This document shows positions 28,368 to 35,849 of a stretch of 35,849 bases of DNA, one piece after another. Location: positions 1 to 35,849 of IMG/VR virus record IMGVR_UViG_3300020045_003075; one strand, given 5' to 3'. The notes beneath the pieces were generated by a model, which saw only the letters and a list, made by a program, of their open reading frames with translations, was not told the DNA's origin and did no database searches. The position numbers were made by a program, and so were the translations under genes. Source of the stretch: a virus (taxonomy: Duplodnaviria > Caudoviricetes). Position 1 is the stretch's first letter, and the number at the start of each line of letters is the position of its first letter.

Positions 28368-29030
28368 TTATACTCCCCACTCTAATACCCAATTATTTTC
28401 AAATTGTTTAATAAGTTTCTTCCTTTCCCAATATAATTTCATTGATTCTGATCTTTTTTTCTTAGTTTCTTCTGAATGTATTCTTACTAAACCAGCTTGT
28501 CTTTGTTTTTCTCTAGTTTCTTCTGAATGATATTTTCCTAAAGAATTTTTGTTTCCTAAAGCAGATTGTCTCATTTTTTCTCTAGTTTCTTCTGAAGGGG
28601 TTTTTCTATAATTTCCATTATTTTCACCTGAGATGTTTTTACTTATTTTTATTTTAGCATCTTCTTTATGTTTATATCCAGAAGAACCTTCACCACCTTC
28701 ACATAAGTTAGTAAGTGGTCCAGTTCCTAAATTATGTCTACCAATTAATGATATTAATTCTATTTCTTTATAAAATGCATCTTGTTCAGTAAGATTTTCA
28801 AATAGTTTAATTACAAGTGGTTTTGAACCAGTTTCTTTAATTATTTTTTTGATTTTACTATTCTTAGGTGTATTTTTAATTAAATTTTTATATGTAAAAT
28901 GACCATAACACCTTCTTCCACTTCCTTTCCCAACATAAAATGGTTCATAATAGCACTGTATTGCCCCGTATTGAAAGTTACCTGGTTTTCTGGGGTCTAA
29001 TAGGGCGTAAATATAGAAATTATCACTCAT
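28368..29030 (-). CDS. Free-standing GIY-YIG homing endonuclease with NUMOD3 repeats (copy B)
   Basis: FYIYALLDPRKPG..PFYVGKG; LTNLCEGGEG; three SEET(R/K) repeats. Confidence 0.88.
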   Translation of the reverse strand: MSDNFYIYALLDPRKPGNFQYGAIQCYYEPFYVGKGSGRRCYGHFTYKNLIKNTPKNSKIKKIIKETGSKPLVIKLFENLTEQDAFYKEIELISLIGRHNLGTGPLTNLCEGGEGSSGYKHKEDAKIKISKNISGENNGNYRKTPSEETREKMRQSALGNKNSLGKYHSEETREKQRQAGLVRIHSEETKKKRSESMKLYWERKKLIKQFENNWVLEWGV

Positions 29031-29736
29031 TATTTAATTCTCTCCTTTTTAATACTTGTTTAGTATTCCATATATAATTTATGTCCTTTTTATTCTGAAA
29101 CATATTTATCAGTTCAGATTTTCCATTATATGGACGACCGTAAAAGTGAGTAAATAATTCATTTTTATCATAAGATTGTAAAGTAAATGGATTTCCGAAT
29201 CCATTTATTGATGATGCTTTTATTGTATTATTATATATTGAAATATTTAATGCTTCCTGATCTTTAGTTCCTGATATAAATTCTGGTATATTTAAATCAA
29301 AATATTTTAGAAATCCCTTTGTATACAAACAACAACCTGAATTGTAATATGTTCTAATATTGCCTGTATTGACCTGTATGATGTTTTTACACTTAGATAC
29401 ATAGTTATTGACCCTTCTAACAATATCGTCTCTTAGAAACGGTTTAAACTCGTTGTATGCGTATATATCAGAATCAGTTCTTATAAAATTTATTATATCA
29501 GGTATATCTTCTTTTATGGAAACATCTGTGTCACAATATAGTATATAATCGAAGTCATTTAATAAATGTTTACATTCCAATCGTACAAATGCAGGATGTA
29601 TATGATTATATAATTCTTTTAATTGTATAAACTCATAATTGTTGTTGAAACAATAATTTTTCATCCTTGGTGTAGTAAGTTCAGATAATTTTTCAAATTC
29701 TTCTCCAATATTAACAGTAATTAATGCCTTTTTCAT
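29023..29736 (-). CDS. GT8-like glycosyltransferase
   Basis: FDYILYCDTDV, YYNSG, DQEALN, HFYGRP. Confidence 0.85.
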   Translation of the reverse strand: MKKALITVNIGEEFEKLSELTTPRMKNYCFNNNYEFIQLKELYNHIHPAFVRLECKHLLNDFDYILYCDTDVSIKEDIPDIINFIRTDSDIYAYNEFKPFLRDDIVRRVNNYVSKCKNIIQVNTGNIRTYYNSGCCLYTKGFLKYFDLNIPEFISGTKDQEALNISIYNNTIKASSINGFGNPFTLQSYDKNELFTHFYGRPYNGKSELINMFQNKKDINYIWNTKQVLKRRELNNE

Positions 29737-29737
29737 A

Positions 29738-30280
29738 TTAAATATCTCTTAGATTAACAATACAACTAGTATCATGAAAAATAATTAATTCTCTTTCATT
29801 AAAAACTTCATTTACAGCCTTTTTTACACCAGGAAATTTATCAGAATAATCATGAAAACCTAGAAATAAGGTTGATATCATATAATACATTAATATATCT
29901 TTCTTAGTATATTCATAAAGATGATTAGCATCTATATATGAAAAATGAATATCTATATAATTATCTCTGAAATAGTAAAATGCATGTTGAGAATCCATCT
30001 TTAATTTAATAAGATTTTGGTATTTTTCACATTTTTGATCAAATAATTGTTCTACAAGATTCATATCAGATAAAGAAGCAGGATCTGAATCATCATATCC
30101 ACTCATCCATGAATCTACACAATATACTTTATCAAAATATTTAGAATATATTTCAGCATCTTCTCCAGTATATACACCAATTAATGCCATTGTTTTGACA
30201 CCTTTTGAAGTAAGGTATTGACACATATTATTTAATGCTTCTATATCTGATTCACTTCTCATCTTTACTATATTATTCAA
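29738..30280 (-). CDS. Class I SAM-dependent methyltransferase (Methyltransf_24-like)
   Basis: IGVYTG, YCVDSW, YIDANHLYE....DI, HDY....PGVKKAVNE. Confidence 0.85.
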   Translation of the reverse strand: MNNIVKMRSESDIEALNNMCQYLTSKGVKTMALIGVYTGEDAEIYSKYFDKVYCVDSWMSGYDDSDPASLSDMNLVEQLFDQKCEKYQNLIKLKMDSQHAFYYFRDNYIDIHFSYIDANHLYEYTKKDILMYYMISTLFLGFHDYSDKFPGVKKAVNEVFNERELIIFHDTSCIVNLRDI

Positions 30281-30575
30281 AATCTATATCTCCTAATATA
30301 TCTAAAAAACCACCTTTTATTAATTGCTTATCTAAATCAGGTTGAATATTTTCTGTTTTATCTGCTATTTCTAGAAAATCTTTAAAATATTCAGGGTAAT
30401 ATTCTATAAATTCTTTATAACACCATTTTGGAGTAACTTGTGAAACATCTGCACCTTTAAATTTTAACCAATGATATATCCAAGATGCATATAATGGATT
30501 AGGAATTGTATCAAAATTATCAGGTTTTTGAGTTTTATCTAGTATATTCATGTTATACACCTCCAAGTTTTTCAA
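30273..30575 (-). CDS. Hypothetical protein, paralog of upstream neighbour
   Basis: WLKF...WCYKEFIEYYPEY. Confidence 0.65.
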   Translation of the reverse strand: MKNLEVYNMNILDKTQKPDNFDTIPNPLYASWIYHWLKFKGADVSQVTPKWCYKEFIEYYPEYFKDFLEIADKTENIQPDLDKQLIKGGFLDILGDIDFE

Positions 30576-30948
30576 TCATTATCATATTTAGTTGTTTTTC
30601 TGTCTTAGTTTTTGATATTTCTTCATATTTAGTATGTAAATCTTCGTCTTTATCTTTAATCTTATTCAGAATATATAACATATTGTTTTCTTTTGTATCT
30701 GTATCAATATTTATTATATTTTTTAACCATTCTATATCAACTACTCCACATTTATACATATTAAACGCATATATACTCTTTGAACCATTAGATTCTTCAA
30801 TTATTTTTTTTGCTAATTCTATATAATCTGGGTATGCATTAAAAAATTCTTTATAACACATATCTCTTATTACTCTATCTGAATTTATATTAAGTTCAGA
30901 CATGAATTTCTTTAACCAATCAATATTTGGATTTTCAGGTAATTTCAT
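30553..30948 (-). CDS. Hypothetical protein, translationally coupled to the protease gene
   Basis: TAATG overlap; WLKKF...MCYKEFFNAYPDY. Confidence 0.65.
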   Translation of the reverse strand: MKLPENPNIDWLKKFMSELNINSDRVIRDMCYKEFFNAYPDYIELAKKIIEESNGSKSIYAFNMYKCGVVDIEWLKNIINIDTDTKENNMLYILNKIKDKDEDLHTKYEEISKTKTEKQLNMIMIEKLGGV

Positions 30949-33900
30949 TATAGTTTAACTCCACTTTCAGATTGTTCAATAATTAAGGACTTTGCTCTTG
31001 ACACTGATACAATTAATCTATTTGTTGATAATTCACCCATATAATTACTTAATCTAGGTATTTGATCTACTATTAAACCATCTTCACCTTCTGAATATAC
31101 AGGTATTTCAACTATATCCCATCCATCATTTATTAAATCTGCTATATAATCAGATGTATCAATATTATGTCCTATAGTAACTGGTAATATATATCTATAT
31201 GAAGAAGATGGACCAGAAGATATAACTAAACCTATATCTGACATCAAATATGGATATATTCTATATGGTAATGGACCAGGAGTTTGAGCAATAACATAAT
31301 CAGCAGCAATATTTGGATGATATTGATAAACTCTATGTGAAGAAGGAGATTGACAATTATAAGATGCTAATATATCTTCTGCATCAGTTATATATTCACC
31401 TCTTAAATTTGGAAGAAATTTACTATCTGGTGGTCCAAGTGATATAGAAAGTGCTAAATAATTACCAGATAAAGGTGTAGTTCTTATTTTCCAATCTGGT
31501 GTTTGTGATGTTATCAATCCTTCTCTAAAATTATATGAATAATGATATGTAATATAATCTGAATCTATAGACCATGTTGGATAATTTTCTGTTAAATATG
31601 TTTCAGCATCAGTTAATGTCATACTTACAATTTTTGGTATTTCATATCCTTCTGTTGTGTCTATTGTTTTAGTAGGAAACCCAGCGCTAATAGTATATGA
31701 AATTGGTAATGCATTTGTTGAATCAGTATACATATTATATGGTAATATAGCATCTGGATGTGGTGATTGAGATATTATTCTATTTAATGGTGCATCCCAA
31801 TGTGCTTGTAAATTTACTAATCCCTCTTTTATTTTAGGATTTTGTGAATCTGCATTCCAATCTGAAATATAATCAGTAACATATGTAGTTATAGAACCTT
31901 CTGTAGAATCAACTGTCATAGCTAATAAATTTGGTACTTTATGTGCTTTTACACCTTCTGTAGATTCATAAAAGTCAAAATCAGGTAATACTTTAATTCG
32001 TACATTGATATTACCCCATCTTCCCAAACAATAATAGTTTTGATGAGATATAACTTCAGCTTCTTCACCACCAACATCAACCCAATTCCAAGTACTTGCT
32101 CCATCTACTTCATATATTTCAGACCACCATTTAGTGTACATATTATCAGTAGAATCACCAATTAACTTAGATTTCCATAAATGAGGTAATGTACCTTTGG
32201 CAAAATCAGTTGTTAAAGCAAATGTCCACTCTAAATCACTATCATTATCAATATATAACTCGCCAATTTCAATAGTTTGTTTATTTGTTCCAAACGATTT
32301 ATATAATTGTGTATAATTTAATTCTCTTGACCCATTTATTGATTCAATAGTATAACCACCAGTAGAATCCCAAACTGTGTTATATGCAGAATAATTAAAT
32401 CTCACAAATCCATCAACATTATCTATTGGAGATATTGTAACATCTTCAGTATGTGCATAATCTGGACTAAATGATCCACCTGCCCAGAATTCTAATATAA
32501 TTTTAAAATTGATAGGATATGAATCCCAATCCCAAGATGGGCTTAAATTAATTTTACCTTCAGAATGAACTATAAACCTTTCTTGTTTATTAGTATATCC
32601 ACCATATGAATTAAAACTTGAAGCTGATTCAATATTATTTCTAAATACCTGCATATAATATCCATCATCATCTGGATCATCTGATTCAGGTTCTTCATTA
32701 AATGATGCATATGCAACTAATCCATCTGTTTGTGCACTACTTGTTGAAATAGTAGAAAGAGATGTAGTATCCCAAATCATAGTAATATGTCTATTATCTG
32801 GATACCAATACGCTGTTAAATCTCCATATTTTGTAACCGGACTACTATTAGTATCTTCACACCAAAACCAAGCACCTCGTGTATAACTTCTTTCAGATAG
32901 AAATATATAATGAATCGGTAATAATATTGGAAAAACCATTTCTATATTTTCTATTTCTACTATTGAACCATCAATAATATCATCAAAACCATAATGTGGT
33001 TCACCAAATATAGAATTTATATATGTTGAACTTATTCCAGAAAAATCACATATTCCAGTTGTTGTATCATAAGGTGGATTAGGTGGTGTAGCTTCTGCTT
33101 CTGTTGGAAGTGGTGCTTCCCAGAATGGATAAAATAATCTTCTAGTTAAACTATAATCACCAGAAATTGTGTCAGATGACATAGAACCAAGTGTTAACTG
33201 TGTTAATTCTGTAGTATATGGTGGATTTGCTGTATATAATACTCTACAATTGTATAATATATTTCTTAAAACAGAAAGAATATTATACCAATTCTCTCTT
33301 AATTTTATATATTCCCAATCCCATTCATAAAATTCAGAAGGTGGATTATATTTTCTAACCTTACCAGTGTTAATATACCAATAATAATCCATCCAGATAA
33401 ACCATTTATCAGCAGATAATCTTGTAGAATATAATTCAACTGGTTTTAACATCTGTTTAACTTTATTAATTAAACTATCTAAAAATATTGTTCCATCTTT
33501 TATCGTTTGAAAACTTAATATTTCATCTACATTTGGTACAGGATCTAAATGCCAATCATTAATAGATGGTACTTCTGGTGGTTCTGGTTTTTCAGTTCTA
33601 TAATAACCTACTATACCATTTGGATATGTTGCATCTTCCTGTCTTGTTCTTATTTTACTCATACATGCTCTCCATGCTTGAGTAATAAGAGGTACATCAA
33701 ATAATGAATTATAATTAGTTAAAGTACCCCAATTTTCATCCCAATAGTCACAAATGAAGTCAAAATTGGTTGGAGGAACAGGACATGCAAACTTTTCACC
33801 ACCACCTCTTGCTTTTACATATATAGGTAAAGCAAATTTACCATCTGCATATGAAGCATAAAATCTGTAACCATATGTTATACCCTGTTCTAAATCTTCA

Positions 33901-35321
33901 TCTACACAAGTTTCATCAGTTCCAGAATAAACTTCAACCTGTAATGGATTTGCATCATCTGGATAACACCATTCTAATCTTGTTACAATTGTTTTTGCAA
34001 ATAAAGCATGAGTTGGGTCTGTCCATGTTATATTATTCTTTGTTGGATCATTTATATCAGGAACTATTGATATGTTAGTAACACCATCTCTTGTAATAGT
34101 TATTGAATTAGTAGATTTGGCGAACTGCAATAACTGTACTGTATTTAATCTTCCACCATATTGAGTAGTTAAGAATTGATCTGTGTGAGGGCTTATACTG
34201 GCTTGTAGGAGTGTTTTAAGATTAGATAGTGTAAAACCAGCATAGTCTGCTTTTAATAGCGCTATAGCCCCTGTGAGATGTGGAGATGCCATCGATGTAC
34301 CAGCTATTGCAATGTAATTATCATCTAACCATGTTGATAAAATATTTTCATCATCTTCACCTCTTACATTACCTCCAGGTGCAGCTATTTCAACTGTTTT
34401 TAAACCATAATTTGTAAAAAATGAATTTTCACCTGTATTAGAATGTGCTACAACAGATAAATTATTGGAATTTTGAAAACTTGCAGGGTAACATGGCCAC
34501 AAATCATTATCTTTACCATCATTACCAGCTGCACATACCATTATAACACCAGCTGATTCAGCATAATCCCAAATATCTTGTAATGCTTGTGAATAAGATG
34601 ATGTTCTCCATGAATGATTCATTATATTACAACCATTATCAACCCCATATTCAATTACATTTATAGCATCAGATAAATATGAACCAGTTTCATTAAAGAA
34701 TCTTAATGACATTAGTTTAATATTCCAATTCATACCAGCTATACCAGTAGAATTATTACCTTTAGCACCAATTATTCCAGCAACATGTGTACCATGACCA
34801 TAATAATCATCACAATTACCATCTAATGAACCGTTATCATATCCTCTGACACCATTTAAATCTCCAAATGTTGGACTAGGATTAACCCATATATTATTTA
34901 CAAGATCTTCATGGTTTAAATCTATACCAGTATCAACAACACCAACTATAATAGATGCAGAACCAGTTGTTATACCCCAAACAGTTGGCATATGACCTAC
35001 ATCACATCCTGCTGTACCACCGAATTGACCAGTATTATTCATATTCCATTGATTAGAAAATAAAGTATCATTAGGTGTTAATAACATATCACAAAGTTGA
35101 TCTTCTTCAAATGATTTAATATTATCATTATCTTCAATTATATCATTTAAAATATCTTCATCTACAACAGACATTTTATTTTTAAATAATAATTTATGTT
35201 TTTGTCTTAAATTTTCAATTTCTTTCTTATTATTACCATGTATTTTTCTCTTCTTTCTTATTTTTTCTGTAATATTATCATGATTAACCTCATTTTTATA
35301 TCTTATAATATATTTTTTCAT
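30948..35321 (-). CDS. S8 subtilisin-like serine protease with propeptide, long central region and four C-terminal PASTA-like repeats
   Basis: Intact triad VVDTG / HGTHVAG / GTSMASPH and oxyanion AAGN; repeats VPNL..IISQSP, IPKI..ITSQTP, LPNL..VIAQTP, LP..IVDQIP, three ending ISxG; no signal peptide evident. Confidence 0.9.
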   Translation of the reverse strand: MKKYIIRYKNEVNHDNITEKIRKKRKIHGNNKKEIENLRQKHKLLFKNKMSVVDEDILNDIIEDNDNIKSFEEDQLCDMLLTPNDTLFSNQWNMNNTGQFGGTAGCDVGHMPTVWGITTGSASIIVGVVDTGIDLNHEDLVNNIWVNPSPTFGDLNGVRGYDNGSLDGNCDDYYGHGTHVAGIIGAKGNNSTGIAGMNWNIKLMSLRFFNETGSYLSDAINVIEYGVDNGCNIMNHSWRTSSYSQALQDIWDYAESAGVIMVCAAGNDGKDNDLWPCYPASFQNSNNLSVVAHSNTGENSFFTNYGLKTVEIAAPGGNVRGEDDENILSTWLDDNYIAIAGTSMASPHLTGAIALLKADYAGFTLSNLKTLLQASISPHTDQFLTTQYGGRLNTVQLLQFAKSTNSITITRDGVTNISIVPDINDPTKNNITWTDPTHALFAKTIVTRLEWCYPDDANPLQVEVYSGTDETCVDEDLEQGITYGYRFYASYADGKFALPIYVKARGGGEKFACPVPPTNFDFICDYWDENWGTLTNYNSLFDVPLITQAWRACMSKIRTRQEDATYPNGIVGYYRTEKPEPPEVPSINDWHLDPVPNVDEILSFQTIKDGTIFLDSLINKVKQMLKPVELYSTRLSADKWFIWMDYYWYINTGKVRKYNPPSEFYEWDWEYIKLRENWYNILSVLRNILYNCRVLYTANPPYTTELTQLTLGSMSSDTISGDYSLTRRLFYPFWEAPLPTEAEATPPNPPYDTTTGICDFSGISSTYINSIFGEPHYGFDDIIDGSIVEIENIEMVFPILLPIHYIFLSERSYTRGAWFWCEDTNSSPVTKYGDLTAYWYPDNRHITMIWDTTSLSTISTSSAQTDGLVAYASFNEEPESDDPDDDGYYMQVFRNNIESASSFNSYGGYTNKQERFIVHSEGKINLSPSWDWDSYPINFKIILEFWAGGSFSPDYAHTEDVTISPIDNVDGFVRFNYSAYNTVWDSTGGYTIESINGSRELNYTQLYKSFGTNKQTIEIGELYIDNDSDLEWTFALTTDFAKGTLPHLWKSKLIGDSTDNMYTKWWSEIYEVDGASTWNWVDVGGEEAEVISHQNYYCLGRWGNINVRIKVLPDFDFYESTEGVKAHKVPNLLAMTVDSTEGSITTYVTDYISDWNADSQNPKIKEGLVNLQAHWDAPLNRIISQSPHPDAILPYNMYTDSTNALPISYTISAGFPTKTIDTTEGYEIPKIVSMTLTDAETYLTENYPTWSIDSDYITYHYSYNFREGLITSQTPDWKIRTTPLSGNYLALSISLGPPDSKFLPNLRGEYITDAEDILASYNCQSPSSHRVYQYHPNIAADYVIAQTPGPLPYRIYPYLMSDIGLVISSGPSSSYRYILPVTIGHNIDTSDYIADLINDGWDIVEIPVYSEGEDGLIVDQIPRLSNYMGELSTNRLIVSVSRAKSLIIEQSESGVKL

Positions 35322-35340
35322 TTAATTCTCTCTTATCTGT

Positions 35341-35742
35341 TTAACCACTTATTGGAATACCAGAATTTGGTGTATATTTTTGTTCTGGATACCATCGCAA
35401 TTGGGGAAATACTAATGTCCAAACCTGATCATCACCATCTGCATCATTATATCCTTCTTCAAGTCCAGTATCATAACTTAACCAAAATACTTGTTTATAT
35501 TTATTTAATCCCATATTTTCATCAATAGAAGGTAAGTGAGGAACTCTTTTAATAGTTGTATCACCAGAAGATATGGAATTTGCACCTTTTTTATTAGCAA
35601 CCGATATAATAAGTTGATCACCAACAGTTGTAGAATTAAGTCCTTCACCTGCAACTATTCTTGTTTTAATATAATTCAATATATCTTTGTAAAATTGGAC
35701 ATTATTAAATTTTGTACCTGGTCTTATATCTGGTGTATTCAT
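35341..35742 (-). CDS. Hypothetical tail-region protein
   Basis: 133 aa; GAGG SD; on the circle it follows 45..986; RIVAGEGL....GDQLIIS resembles short tail-associated segments. Confidence 0.6.
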   Translation of the reverse strand: MNTPDIRPGTKFNNVQFYKDILNYIKTRIVAGEGLNSTTVGDQLIISVANKKGANSISSGDTTIKRVPHLPSIDENMGLNKYKQVFWLSYDTGLEEGYNDADGDDQVWTLVFPQLRWYPEQKYTPNSGIPISG

Positions 35743-35849
35743 TATATCAACCTCTTTAATATTAACAATATATTATGTAACTATAGGAAATTCATATTCA
35801 CCACGTTCTTGAAAAGTTGTGTCATCATCGTCTGGAAATATTCTATGAA
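35729..35849. repeat. Terminal direct repeat, copy 2 (121 bp)
   Basis: Identical to 1-121. Confidence 0.95.

Noticed and set aside
29738-30280. DNA methyltransferase
   Set aside because: It lacks DPPY/NPPY or PCQ motifs; IDANH and HDY match small-molecule/glycan O-methyltransferases.
23510-35528. Overlapping ORFs at 23510, 25939, 27707, 28303, 30506, 33851 and 35238
   Set aside because: Shadows of real genes with no independent support.
35729-35849. 121-bp repeat as a biological terminal repeat or att site
   Set aside because: It is exact, cuts through a gene, and has a length typical of an assembler k-mer overlap; the PBSX/SPP1-like terminase suggests headful packaging.
1-35849. Alternative genetic code, CRISPR array, tRNA or diversity-generating retroelement
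   Set aside because: Standard-code ORFs tile the genome densely; I saw no spaced repeats, cloverleaf, reverse transcriptase or adenine-variable repeat pair.

Overview
This window is an apparently complete, circularly assembled genome of a small, very AT-rich tailed phage with siphovirus-type organisation. Bases 1-121 repeat exactly at 35729-35849, giving a 35,728-bp circle. One long minus-strand module runs across the junction: HNH, terminase small and large subunits, portal, scaffold/protease, decoration protein, major capsid, neck proteins, major tail, a -1 frameshifted tail chaperone, tape measure, tail-tip region, a glycosylation cluster and a holin-like gene. A short plus-strand module (22.6-25.5 kb) encodes a putative replication initiator, a Holliday-junction resolvase-like nuclease, a ribbon-helix-helix protein and small ORFs. 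I found no integrase, DNA polymerase, helicase, primase, tRNA or CRISPR array. Notable points: (1) a 1457-aa subtilisin + four-PASTA protein sits at the tail-tip position; (2) both the head-closure and tail-terminator proteins are fused to large adhesin-like domains; (3) about six glycosyltransferase domains and a methyltransferase are embedded in the late genes; (4) a strand-oriented motif, AGGACAAAA, precedes transcription units; (5) two divergent, similarly built small-RNA/leader candidates carry sequence complementary to the ribosome-binding region of the next gene; (6) there are two paralogous GIY-YIG/NUMOD3 endonucleases. All family calls come from motif recognition and synteny by eye, not database searches.
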